Source of the DNA: Pseudomonadota bacterium
Lineage (GTDB): Bacteria > Pseudomonadota > Alphaproteobacteria > Rhodobacterales > Rhodobacteraceae
Reading direction: 5' to 3'
DNA: 64,000 nucleotides
NCBI GenBank assembly: GCA_021845805.1
Contig: JAJZVD010000008.1
Span: 2,739-66,738, forward strand
The notes beneath the pieces are model-generated. The model was not told the origin of the DNA. It searched no databases and saw only the letters and a list, made by a program, of their open reading frames with translations. The translations under genes were made by a program, and so were the position numbers. This document shows, one piece after another, positions 9,386 to 19,920 of this stretch; within the stretch, counting starts at the first letter, position 1, and the number at the start of each line of letters is the position of its first letter.

Positions 9386-11842
9386 TCAGTGGCCGCGCGG
9401 CTTGGTGCGCAGCGTGGGCTCGGCCTCGGTCGGGTCTTCCGGCCAGGGATGGCGCGGATAGCGCCCGCGCATGTCGCGGCGCACGTCGGCGTAGCTCGTG
9501 CGCCAGAACCCCGGCAGGTCCATCGTGGTCTGCACCGGCTTCTGCCCCGGGGACAGCAGGGTGATGCGCAGGGGCAGCCGCTTCGGCCCGACGGTGGGAT
9601 GCACGGTGACCCCGAACATCTCCTGCAGGCGGACCTCGATGGCCGGGGCCTCGCCGCCGTAGTCGATCGGCACGCGGCGGCCCAGCGGGGTTTCGACATG
9701 CGACGGCGCAAGCCGGTCGGCCTCCTGCTGCTGGTCCCAGCTCAGCCGGGCGCGCAGCGCCTCGAGCGGGTCGACCGCGGCCAGATCCGCGGCGGTGCGG
9801 CGGCCGAGAAGGTGGGGCGCAAGCCACTCCTCCAGCGTGGCCAGCAGCGCGGGTTCCGAAAAGTCGGGCAGGTCCGCCCCTTCGGCGCGCAGGAACTCCA
9901 TCCGCGCGATGAAGCGGCGGCAGGCGTCGGTCAGGTTCAGCGCGGCAAGGCCGAGGTCGCGCACCCCTTCGGCCGCGGCCCGGGCCAGCGCCTCGGGCGG
10001 GGCGTCGGGCCAGGGCTGGTCATCCAGCACCAGGGCGCCGAACACCTCTTGCCGCCGCGCCACCACGCGGCGCTCGCGCCGCGACCAGGCGCAGGTCTCG
10101 CGCCGCCGGATCAGCGGGCCGTAGAGGCGCCGCAGCGCGCTTTCGGACAGGGGGACCGCCTGGCGGATGCGGGCTTCGCGCGGGTCGCCATCGAGGTCGG
10201 TCGCCACCAGCAGGCGCACCGGGGCCAGCGGGTCGGCCGGGTCGATCGTGGCGCCCTTGCCGCCCGACAGAAGCCAGCGCGGCGCCTCGCCCGCCCGGCG
10301 CTGGCCGATGCGGTCGGGATAGGCCAGCGCCGCCATCTCGGCCGGGCTCAGCGGCTCTGCCGCCGCGGGCGCCAGCGGCGACAGCCGCCGTGCCTCGGCG
10401 CGGATGCGTTCGACCGCGCCGCGGTCGGCGGGCCAGGGGTGGGCCGCGGCATAGCGGCGGGGGTCGGCCAGCGCCTCCAGCCGCAAGGACAGGTCGGCCG
10501 GCGCCGCGCGGGGCAGGGGGTCGCGGTCTGACAGCAGCGCGGCCAGCAGCGCGGCGGCGGGGCCTGCGGTCAAGAGCATGTGCCCCAGCCGGGGGTGCAG
10601 GGGCAGCGCGGCCAGCGCCCGGCCATGCGCAGTGATCGCGCCGCCCGGGTCCAGCGCGCCAAGCTCGGCCAGCAGCGCGCGCGCCTCGGCGAAGGCCCCG
10701 GGGTTGGGCGGCGTCAGCAGGGCCAGCCCCTCGGGCCCGCGGGCGCCCCAGAGTGCCAGGTCCAGCGCGAAGCCCGCAAGGTCGGCACTTTCGATCTCGG
10801 CCGGGGGGAAGGCGGCCAGCGCGCCCTCCTCACCGCGGGTCCAGAGCCGGTAGCAGGTGCCCGGCGCCACCCGGCCCGCGCGGCCGCGGCGCTGGTCGGC
10901 CTCGGCCCGCGTCACCCGTTCGGTCACCAGCCGCGACATGCCCGAGGCCGGGTCGAACCGCGCCCGCCGCGCGCGCCCCATGTCCACCACCACCCGCACA
11001 TCCTCGATGGTCAGCGAGGTTTCGGCGATGGCGGTCGACAGCACCACCTTGCGCCCGGTCGCCGCAGGGGCGATGGCGGCGCGCTGGGCGGCGAAGTCCA
11101 TCGCGCCGTAAAGCGGGCGCAGATGGCAGCCCGCGGGCAGCCGGCCGCGCAAGAGCGCCTCGACCCGCCGGATCTCGGCCTCGCCCGGCAGAAAGGCCAG
11201 CAGGCCGCCCTCGGTCTCGGCCAGCGCGGTCAGGATCAGGTCGGCCAGCGCGGGTTCCAGCCGCGCGCCCGCGGGCAGCGGCCGGTCCAGCCAGCGGGTT
11301 TCCACCGGAAACGCGCGCCCGTCCGAGGTGACGAGCGGCGCGCCCAGCAGATCGGCCACCGGCTGCGCGTCAAGCGTGGCCGACATCGCGATCAGGCAGA
11401 GGTCGGGCCGCAGCGCCCCACGCACCTCGACCGCCAGCGCAAGGCCAAGATCGGCGTTCAGCGAGCGTTCGTGAAACTCGTCGAAGATCACGCAGCCCAC
11501 CCCCGGCAGTTCGGGGTTCGACTGGATCATGCGTGTCAGGATGCCTTCGGTGACCACCTCGATCCGGGTCGCGCGGCCAACCTTGGCCTCGCCGCGGATG
11601 CGGTAGCCGACGGTCGCCCCGACCGGCTCGCCCAGCGTGTCGGCCATCCTCTCGGCGGCGGCGCGGGCGGCAAGGCGGCGCGGCTCCAGCATCACGATGC
11701 GCCCCGCCACCTGCGGCAGAAGCGCAAGCGGCACGCGCGTGGTCTTGCCCGCGCCGGGCGGGGCCTGCAACACGGCCGCCCCCGCCGCGGCGACAGCCGC
11801 AAGCAGCGCGGGCAGGACATCGTCGATCGGCAGCCGGTCCAC
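9386..11842 (-). CDS. hrpB: ATP-dependent RNA helicase HrpB
   Basis: APPGAGKTT (Walker A), DEFHER, MSAT, STAIAETSLTI, QRRGRAGR, and C-terminal FWRTSY..VR.DMRGRYPRHPWP; GTG start. Confidence 0.96.
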   Translation of the reverse strand: MDRLPIDDVLPALLAAVAAAGAAVLQAPPGAGKTTRVPLALLPQVAGRIVMLEPRRLAARAAAERMADTLGEPVGATVGYRIRGEAKVGRATRIEVVTEGILTRMIQSNPELPGVGCVIFDEFHERSLNADLGLALAVEVRGALRPDLCLIAMSATLDAQPVADLLGAPLVTSDGRAFPVETRWLDRPLPAGARLEPALADLILTALAETEGGLLAFLPGEAEIRRVEALLRGRLPAGCHLRPLYGAMDFAAQRAAIAPAATGRKVVLSTAIAETSLTIEDVRVVVDMGRARRARFDPASGMSRLVTERVTRAEADQRRGRAGRVAPGTCYRLWTRGEEGALAAFPPAEIESADLAGFALDLALWGARGPEGLALLTPPNPGAFAEARALLAELGALDPGGAITAHGRALAALPLHPRLGHMLLTAGPAAALLAALLSDRDPLPRAAPADLSLRLEALADPRRYAAAHPWPADRGAVERIRAEARRLSPLAPAAAEPLSPAEMAALAYPDRIGQRRAGEAPRWLLSGGKGATIDPADPLAPVRLLVATDLDGDPREARIRQAVPLSESALRRLYGPLIRRRETCAWSRRERRVVARRQEVFGALVLDDQPWPDAPPEALARAAAEGVRDLGLAALNLTDACRRFIARMEFLRAEGADLPDFSEPALLATLEEWLAPHLLGRRTAADLAAVDPLEALRARLSWDQQQEADRLAPSHVETPLGRRVPIDYGGEAPAIEVRLQEMFGVTVHPTVGPKRLPLRITLLSPGQKPVQTTMDLPGFWRTSYADVRRDMRGRYPRHPWPEDPTEAEPTLRTKPRGH

Positions 11843-11846
11843 GGGA

Positions 11847-12569
11847 TCAGCGTCGCTTCAGGCTGGCGTTTCCGTAGATCGAGTCCATGTCGATCCGGGC
11901 GACCTGCACCAGCCCCTTGTCGGCGGGTTCGTAGGTCATGCGGAAGGGGAAGCTCGGCCGTTCCATGTCCTGCTGGGAATAGCCCGCGACGCGGCGGTAT
12001 TCGCCGTTGCAGGCCAGCGTTCCCGCCGGCCCGTCGGCGGGCCACAGCTTCAGTTCGGCGCGGCGCACCCCGTCGAACAGCTCCAGCGTGCCGTTGCAGG
12101 CCTGCTGTTCGGGGATGGCGCGGAAGGTGGCATAGATCGCGGTCAGCGTATCCAGCGTGCCCGCCTGCGTGGCCGGGGCCAGCGCCAGCGGATCGGGGGC
12201 GGCACGGGGCGGGTCCTGCACCGGCGCCTGCGGCACGCCGCCCACATAGGTGATCGTCTGCACCGTGGTCTTGCCGCCGGGCTGCGAGGTCAACTGATAG
12301 CTTTGCGGCTGGTACTTGCCCGCCACGATCTGCCCGGTGACCGAGGCGTCGTAGCGCACCGTACGCACCAGCGACACCACCCCGGCGGTGGAAAAGCGGC
12401 CGTTGACCGCGTAGTAATCGCCCGATTGCACCCCGTTGAACACCAGGATCCCGGCACGGAAGCCGTGGATGTAGAAATCGAACACCGCGCTGTCGCGGAT
12501 CTCTTCGGCCTGCAGGGGAGCTGCGGCCATCAGGGCAAGCGCGGCGGCGACCAGCATCGGGCGGAACAT
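11847..12569 (-). CDS. DUF3108-like periplasmic/outer-membrane protein
   Basis: Signal peptide MFRPMLVAAALALMAAAPLQA; LDTLTA...FDGVRR motif typical of DUF3108. Confidence 0.75.
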   Translation of the reverse strand: MFRPMLVAAALALMAAAPLQAEEIRDSAVFDFYIHGFRAGILVFNGVQSGDYYAVNGRFSTAGVVSLVRTVRYDASVTGQIVAGKYQPQSYQLTSQPGGKTTVQTITYVGGVPQAPVQDPPRAAPDPLALAPATQAGTLDTLTAIYATFRAIPEQQACNGTLELFDGVRRAELKLWPADGPAGTLACNGEYRRVAGYSQQDMERPSFPFRMTYEPADKGLVQVARIDMDSIYGNASLKRR

Positions 12570-12700
12570 CTCGGGGCCTCGCGGATTGATCCTGCGGACT
12601 GGACATATACCGCGAAGGCGGGGCAAGAAACCCCTTGGCGGGCGGATCGCGCGCTGTTGCACGAACGCGGGCGGCGCGCCGCCGACGAAGCGGGGGACGG

Positions 12701-13711
12701 ATGGACAGCGGCGAACTGGCAGAACGCATCCGCGCGGGCGACCGGCGCGCGCTGGCGCGGGCGATCACGCTGGTCGAAAGCGCGCGCGCCGACCACCGGG
12801 CGCAGGCGGTGGCGCTGCTGGCCGCGCTGGGGCAGGGCCGTCAGGCGCTGCGCATCGGGCTGTCGGGCACCCCGGGGGTGGGCAAATCCACCTTCATCGA
12901 GGCCTTCGGGCTGATGCTGACCGGGCAGGGGCTGAAGGTGGCGGTGCTGGCGGTGGACCCGTCCTCGGCGCGGTCCGGCGGCTCGATCCTGGGCGACAAG
13001 ACCCGGATGGAGCGGCTGAGCCGCGACCCCCGCGCCTTCATCCGCCCTTCGCCCAGCCAGGCGCAGATGGGCGGCGTTGCCCGCCGCACCCGCGAGGCGA
13101 CGGCGCTGTGCGAGGCGGCGGGGTTCGATGTGGTGCTGGTGGAAACGGTGGGGGTCGGCCAGTCGGAGGTGATGGTGGCCGGGATGACCGACCTGTTCAT
13201 GCTGCTGATGGCGCCTGCGGGCGGCGACGAGTTGCAGGGCGTCAAGCGCGGCATCATGGAGATGGCCGACCTGATCCTGGTCAACAAGGCCGATGGCGAT
13301 CTCAAGGCGGCGGCGCTGCGCACCTGCGCCGATTACGCGGGCGCGCTGCGGCTCTTGCGGCGCAGGCCACAGGACCCGGCGGGCTTTCCCAGGGCGATGA
13401 CCGTCTCGGCGGTCGAGGGGGCCGGGATGGCCGAGGCCTGGGCCGAGATGCGCGCGCTGGCCGACTGGCGGCGCGACAACGGCTGGTTCGCCGCCGCCCG
13501 CGCGGCGCAGGCCCGCACCTGGTTCGAGGAAGAGGTGCGCGCGGGGCTGCTGGCGCGGCTTGACCGGCCGGGCCCGCTGCGCGCGCGGATGGAGGATCTG
13601 GGCGAGAGCGTCGCCGCGGCCCGGATCTCGCCCGCGGCGGCGGCGGCGGAACTTCTGGCGCTGATCGAATCCGGCGCCGGGGCGCTTGACGCGGGGTCGG
13701 AATCCCCCTAA
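12701..13711 (+). CDS. meaB: Methylmalonyl-CoA mutase-associated GTPase MeaB
   Basis: RRALARAITLVES, GLSGTPGVGKST, AVDPSS..SGGSILGDKTRM, ETVGVGQSE, NKAD. Confidence 0.96.
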   Translation: MDSGELAERIRAGDRRALARAITLVESARADHRAQAVALLAALGQGRQALRIGLSGTPGVGKSTFIEAFGLMLTGQGLKVAVLAVDPSSARSGGSILGDKTRMERLSRDPRAFIRPSPSQAQMGGVARRTREATALCEAAGFDVVLVETVGVGQSEVMVAGMTDLFMLLMAPAGGDELQGVKRGIMEMADLILVNKADGDLKAAALRTCADYAGALRLLRRRPQDPAGFPRAMTVSAVEGAGMAEAWAEMRALADWRRDNGWFAAARAAQARTWFEEEVRAGLLARLDRPGPLRARMEDLGESVAAARISPAAAAAELLALIESGAGALDAGSESP

Positions 13712-13714
13712 AGC
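13686..13714 (+). promoter_or_regulatory. Putative sigma70 promoter of rpmB inside the meaB 3' end
   Basis: TTGACG-N17-TAAAGC; the -10 element overlaps the meaB stop codon. Confidence 0.6.
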
Positions 13715-13800
13715 ACCGCATCTGAATTCGGTGTGCCGCGTCTGCGCGGGCGCGCCCGTGTCGACGGACCCCGGCAAGGGGCAAAGCAAGGAATACGACG

Positions 13801-14091
13801 ATGTCGCGCGTCTGCGAACTGAGCGGGAAGGGCCCGATGTCGGGCAACAACATCAGCCACGCCAACAACAAGACCCGGCGTCGGTTTCTGCCGAATCTGA
13901 ACGACGTGACGCTGATGTCCGACGTTCTGGGCCAGTCGTTCAAGCTGCGCGTCTCGGCCGCGGCGCTGCGCACGGTGGACCACCGTGGCGGGCTGGACGC
14001 GTTCCTGGCGAAGGCGAAGGACGACGAGCTTTCGGATCGCGCCCTGAAGATCAAGAAGGACATCGCCAAGGCGCAGGCCGCCGCGGCCTGA
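13801..14091 (+). CDS. rpmB: 50S ribosomal protein L28
   Basis: [33 protein letters not shown]. Confidence 0.98.
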   Translation: MSRVCELSGKGPMSGNNISHANNKTRRRFLPNLNDVTLMSDVLGQSFKLRVSAAALRTVDHRGGLDAFLAKAKDDELSDRALKIKKDIAKAQAAAA

Positions 14092-14114
14092 TCCCTGCGA
14101 TCTGTCGATGATCG

Positions 14115-14139
14115 AGGCCCCGCCCCGGCGGGGCCTTTT
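14115..14139 (+). terminator. Intrinsic terminator of rpmB
   Basis: AGGCCCCGCC..GGCGGGGCCT followed by TTT. Confidence 0.8.
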
Positions 14140-14164
14140 GCATGACCGGGCCATGGAGCCGTCG

Positions 14165-14716
14165 ATGCTGACCCCGCTGCCGATCCCCGACGCCTTCACC
14201 CCCGAGGACTGCGACCGCATCGTTGCGCTTGCCGCTGCCGGGCCGCTGCGGCCGGCGGGGCTGGTGCGCGGGGTCAGCGATGCCGCGACCCGGCGGGCGG
14301 AACTGTGCTGGCTGGATGACCGGCCCGAGGGGGCCTGGGTCACCGACCGGCTGGTGGCGCTGGTGGCGCAGGCCAACCGCGACCATTTCGGCTTTGCGCT
14401 GGAGGAGTTCGGCGAAAGCGCGCAGGTCGCCCGCTACGGCGCCGAGGTGCAGGGCCATTTCGCCTGGCATGCCGACATCGGCGAAGGGCGGCTGGCCCGC
14501 CGCCGCAAGCTGACGGCGGTGGTGCAACTGTCGGACCCCGCCGATTACGCGGGCGGGGCGCTGGAACTGTGGCCGCATGGCGCCCCGACCGAGGCGCCGC
14601 GCACCCGCGGTGCCGCGATCCTGTTTCCGTCCTTCACGCTGCACCGGGTCAGCCCGGTGACAGAAGGCACCCGGCATTCGCTGACCATCTGGGCCCACGG
14701 GCCCGCGTTCCGCTAG
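14165..14716 (+). CDS. 2OG-Fe(II) oxygenase (prolyl-4-hydroxylase/PKHD-like)
   Basis: HFAWHAD (HxD), RKLTAVVQLS, GGALEL, HRVSPVT.GTRHSL; GGAG RBS before ATG 14165. Confidence 0.9.
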   Translation: MLTPLPIPDAFTPEDCDRIVALAAAGPLRPAGLVRGVSDAATRRAELCWLDDRPEGAWVTDRLVALVAQANRDHFGFALEEFGESAQVARYGAEVQGHFAWHADIGEGRLARRRKLTAVVQLSDPADYAGGALELWPHGAPTEAPRTRGAAILFPSFTLHRVSPVTEGTRHSLTIWAHGPAFR

Positions 14717-14718
14717 GA

Positions 14719-15018
14719 TTACTGGCAGAGAGATTCGGCGGTGCTGCCGAAATTCGCGTAACGCTGCCAGAAGGCGTTGTCGTTCTCGGTCTTCGACATG
14801 CGGACTTCCTGCGCCCGGTCGGGGTTCTCGAAGAACTTCGCTGCGCGCTGCTGGTCGGTGCTGCCCAGCGTCAGGTCGGCGGCCTGCTGGATGCAGCCGC
14901 AGAGCGTGGGCGACGCATTCGCATTGCCCGACCGCAGGCAGGCAGAGCCGATCGGCCCGGCATCGGCAAAGGTTGCACAGACGATGGTCAGCACCATCGC
15001 AAGCAGGATCATCTTCAT
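14719..15018 (-). CDS. Small secreted protein with paired cysteines, function unknown
   Basis: Signal peptide followed by GPIGSAC...LCGCIQQAAD...FFENPD..QEVRMS...FWQRY...C; GAGG RBS. Confidence 0.8.
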   Translation of the reverse strand: MKMILLAMVLTIVCATFADAGPIGSACLRSGNANASPTLCGCIQQAADLTLGSTDQQRAAKFFENPDRAQEVRMSKTENDNAFWQRYANFGSTAESLCQ

Positions 15019-15230
15019 AACTGCCTCGTCACGTCGTGCCGCAAGGGTTCGTCCCCTGCTGGCGCATTGGCTCTCGATGCCAGAGTAATGCCAGCAATTT
15101 CCAGCATTCACAATGGGTTGGATTGCGCGGCTGCGTTCCGGCCGGAATGGCAGGTGATGTGGTGGAGGGCGGCTCTGGCACAAGATGGGGCGTCCCCGCC
15201 GCGGCGGGGCGCCAGGGGGTGATTCGCCGC

Positions 15231-15437
15231 TCAGACCGGGGTGGCAGGATAGCCTTCGTCGGCCAGCGCCGTCATCAGGACCTCTGCGGGGGCGGCCGAC
15301 TCGACCGTCACGGTGCGGCTGGACAGGTCGACCACCACGCGGGCCTGGGCGTCCTGCGTGGCAATGGTGCGTTCCACCACGGCCTTGCAATGGCCGCAGC
15401 TCATGTCAGGTACGGAAAGGGTCAGGGGCCGGGGCAT
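15231..15437 (-). CDS. Heavy-metal-associated (HMA) CopZ-like chaperone
   Basis: MSCGHC metal-binding motif in a roughly 68-aa HMA fold; GGAG RBS before ATG 15437. Confidence 0.9.
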   Translation of the reverse strand: MPRPLTLSVPDMSCGHCKAVVERTIATQDAQARVVVDLSSRTVTVESAAPAEVLMTALADEGYPATPV

Positions 15438-15474
15438 TGTCGTCTCCAGTTCGGGGCTCATGCCCCCTATCTGG

Positions 15475-15498
15475 GGCTTCCAGCAGAGGGAAGGTCAA
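15475..15498 (-). promoter_or_regulatory. CueR-type operator overlapping the -35 element of the copZ-like gene
   Basis: Minus strand reads TTGACCTTCC-CTCTGCT-GGAAGCC, i.e. ACCTTCC-N7-GGAAG directly overlapping TTGACC, the known CueR/MerR promoter layout. Confidence 0.8.
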
Positions 15499-15584
15499 GC
15501 CCCGCGCGCGGCGCAAGTCGCCGTCGCAGGGTTGCGCCCCTCAGGCGCCTTGACGGGCCTTGAAAACCTGCCATACCCCGCGCC

Positions 15585-17384
<1,800 letters not shown>

Positions 17385-17393
17385 GGCGGCGGG

Positions 17394-17469
17394 GGTGCGC
17401 AATGAATGCGCACCCTACCGGTGCCGGGCCTGCCGTGTCCCGGCGTAGGCTGCGCAGTCATTGCGCACC
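17394..17469. repeat. GTAG-tagged REP doublet (REPIN-like)
   Basis: 17394-17418 reverse-complements to GTAG-GGTGCGCA-ttcat-TGCGCACC; 17445-17469 reads GTAG-GCTGCGCA-gtcat-TGCGCACC; the 26-bp spacer is itself palindromic. Confidence 0.85.
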
Positions 17470-17523
17470 GCCACACCCCCCGCATCATGGCGCGCCCCCC
17501 TCGCGTCCCGACGCGCCCGTGAC

Positions 17524-17537
17524 TTGACGCGCATCAA
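17524..17537 (+). promoter_or_regulatory. FNR/FnrL-type box
   Basis: TTGAC-GCGC-ATCAA (consensus TTGAT-N4-ATCAA), 57 nt upstream of ATG 17595. Confidence 0.7.
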
Positions 17538-17594
17538 GGTGCGGCGCCGGGCCTTGGGTCAGGCTTCTTGCGAACGCGCCGGATGGAGATTCGC

Positions 17595-17771
17595 ATGACC
17601 CGCCTGATGCTCATCATCTTTTCCATGGCCTCGACGACCCTGATGGGAATGATGATCGTCGCCGCCCTGGTCGCCGGATATGTGACGCTGAAGCCGCTCG
17701 CGATTGCCGCCGCGATCGGTTTCCTGCTGGCGCTGCCGGTGAGCTGGCAGATCGCGCGCAGGATCGCCTGA
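17595..17771 (+). CDS. Small two-TM membrane protein of unknown function
   Basis: MTRLMLIIFSMASTTLMG...LLALPVSWQIARRIA; GGAG RBS; two hydrophobic helices. Confidence 0.8.
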   Translation: MTRLMLIIFSMASTTLMGMMIVAALVAGYVTLKPLAIAAAIGFLLALPVSWQIARRIA

Positions 17772-17801
17772 GCCGGATTGCCCGAGCCGGATCGCCTGCG
17801 C

Positions 17802-17951
17802 TTACATCTTCTGCGCGGTCTTGTTCGCCTCGGTGGTGATGGCCGAACCCGCCTTCTGAAGGTCCTTGCCCGCGCCCGCGACGGTGTCGCAGGCCGCAAG
17901 GCTCAGCAGGACGAGGAGGGTCAGCGCGGCGCGCGGCAGGGTGCGATGCAT
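17802..17951 (-). CDS. Entericidin EcnA/B family lipoprotein
   Basis: Lipobox LAAC followed by DTVAGAGKDLQKAGSAI. Confidence 0.88.
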   Translation of the reverse strand: MHRTLPRAALTLLVLLSLAACDTVAGAGKDLQKAGSAITTEANKTAQKM

Positions 17952-18152
17952 GAGAGGCTCCTTTTGCTTGTCTCGGCAAAGAGATGCCCGGGTCTTCCCG
18001 GTCAAGTCAACTGCCTGCGGCGGTGATGTGCCGATGCCCGGGCGCGGCCCGCCCTGGTGCGGGCGGGACCATGACGCGGCTTTGCCAGCGGCGTACCCTT
18101 GTGCCACTCTGGCGGGGCCGGTCATGCGCCCGGCGCAGGGAAAGGATGGATC

Positions 18153-18641
18153 ATGGCAGAACCCAAAGGCTATTCGCGCGGGCAGATCGGCCTGCACTGG
18201 ATCATCGCGCTGTTGCTGGTGCCGCAGTTCCTGCTGCACGACGGCATCAAGGCGGCGTTCCGCGAGATGATGAAGGGTGGCGCGGCCAGCTATGATGCCA
18301 TGGTGCTGCTGCATGTCGTGGGCGGTCTGCTGATCCTGGTGCTGATGCTCTGGCGCGTGGCCCTGCGCATGGACCGCGGCGTCCCGCCGCCCCCGGCGGG
18401 GGAATCGGCCGTGCAGAAGCGTGTGGCCTCGGCCGTGCACGGTCTGCTGTATCTGGTGCTGTTCCTGCTGCCGCTGTCGGGGCTTGCGGCCTGGTTCGGC
18501 GCGGCCGGTGCCGCGGCCGAGTTCCACGAGCTGATGAAGCCGCTGCTGCTGATCCTGGTCGCGCTGCATGTGCTGGGCGCGCTCTATCACCAGTTCGTTC
18601 TGAAGACCGGGCTGATCGACCGGATGCGGCACCCCGCCTGA
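18153..18641 (+). CDS. Cytochrome b561 / cytochrome b family membrane protein
   Basis: YSRGQIGLHW, LHVVGG, VHGLLY...PLSG, FHE, LHVLGALYHQF (heme-ligating His residues in TM helices). Confidence 0.9.
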   Translation: MAEPKGYSRGQIGLHWIIALLLVPQFLLHDGIKAAFREMMKGGAASYDAMVLLHVVGGLLILVLMLWRVALRMDRGVPPPPAGESAVQKRVASAVHGLLYLVLFLLPLSGLAAWFGAAGAAAEFHELMKPLLLILVALHVLGALYHQFVLKTGLIDRMRHPA

Positions 18642-18671
18642 GTGCGGGGGCGGGGGGCGGATGCCCCCGGC

Positions 18672-19433
18672 CTAGGCCAGGAACGCCGCGACGGCGGCTT
18701 CGAATTCGCGCGGGCGTTCGGCATGCAGCCAGTGGCCCGCGCCGGGGATCCTGGCGAAGCGGGCCGCGGGAAACTGCGCCTTGATGGCCGGGCGGTGGTC
18801 CGGCAGGACATAGGACGACAGCGCCCCCGACAGGAACAGGGCGGGCCCGTCGAACCGGCCGGGGGTGCCGGGCCAGCCGACGATGGCGGGCATCTCGGCC
18901 TCCAGCACGTCAAGGTTCAGCCGCCAGCGCGGCGGGCTGGCCTTGAGGTCCAGCGATTGCAGCAGGAAGGCGCGGGTTCCCGCATCCGGCACCGTCGCGG
19001 CCAGCCGCCTGTCGGCCTCCATCCGCGAGGCGAGACCGGCCAGATCGAGCCCGCGCATGGCGTGGATCAGCGGTGTCTGGCTGTGGCCATAGGCCACGGG
19101 GGCGATGTCGGCCACCACCAGCCGGTTCACGCGCGCGGGCGCTGTCAGCGCCAGCACCATCGCGGCCTTGCCACCCATCGAATGGCCCAGCACGTCGAAC
19201 CGCCCGCCTTCCGCCGCGATCACCTCGGCCAGGTCGGCGGCCAGGTCGGGATAGCGGTGGGATGGCGCCCAGGGGCTGCCGGCATGGTTGCGCATGTCGA
19301 CCACAACCACCCGGCGGGTTTCGGCCAGGTGGCGGGCGATCACGCCCCAGTTCCGCCCCGAGCCGAACAGGCCGTGGACGATCAGAAGCGGCGGCAGGGC
19401 GGTGTCCTGCCCGTGGGTGACATGGGCCAGCAT
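18672..19433 (-). CDS. Alpha/beta hydrolase (YbfF-like esterase)
   Basis: HGLFGSGRNW, DMRNHAGS, GHSMGGK nucleophile elbow, GAGHWLHAE. Confidence 0.92.
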   Translation of the reverse strand: MLAHVTHGQDTALPPLLIVHGLFGSGRNWGVIARHLAETRRVVVVDMRNHAGSPWAPSHRYPDLAADLAEVIAAEGGRFDVLGHSMGGKAAMVLALTAPARVNRLVVADIAPVAYGHSQTPLIHAMRGLDLAGLASRMEADRRLAATVPDAGTRAFLLQSLDLKASPPRWRLNLDVLEAEMPAIVGWPGTPGRFDGPALFLSGALSSYVLPDHRPAIKAQFPAARFARIPGAGHWLHAERPREFEAAVAAFLA

Positions 19434-19523
19434 GGGCCCGAAATAGCGCGCGGGGCAGGCGGGCGCCAGAGCCGTTGAGCCGGGCACGGGCCCCGGCTAG
19501 GGTGACGGCAAACGGAGGGGCGG

Positions 19524-19898
19524 ATGGGCGCGGGTTCGGTGCAGCAGATGGCGGACAGGGTGGCCCGGCTGATGGAAGAGCGGCTGCGCATCCGCGGCCG
19601 GGGCCTGGCTGAAAAGCTGCGCCGCGCACGGGGCCGGATGCCGCGCCGGGTGCAGGCCGAGGCCGCGCTGCTGGCCCGCGCGGCGGCCACGGCGCAGGAC
19701 CCCCGGCTTCTGCTGCGCCTCGATCATGAGCGGATCGCCCAAGCCTATGACACCTGCCTGCGCCACCTGTCGTCGGTGGGGCGCTGGCAGCGGCGGCGGG
19801 CGCTGGCGCTGGACCTTGCGTCCAGCATCGCCTTCCGCCTGCTGGTGGTGGCGGGGCTGCTCTTCGCGGTGCTGAACTGGCGGGGCCTGCTGCCCTGA
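19524..19898 (+). CDS. Hypothetical protein with C-terminal TM helix
   Basis: Only credible ORF in the gap between the divergent hydrolase and convergent glyA; basic helical N-terminus and hydrophobic C-terminus. Confidence 0.65.
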   Translation: MGAGSVQQMADRVARLMEERLRIRGRGLAEKLRRARGRMPRRVQAEAALLARAAATAQDPRLLLRLDHERIAQAYDTCLRHLSSVGRWQRRRALALDLASSIAFRLLVVAGLLFAVLNWRGLLP

Positions 19899-19920
19899 GG
19901 CGCAGGCCCCGCCGGGTGGC

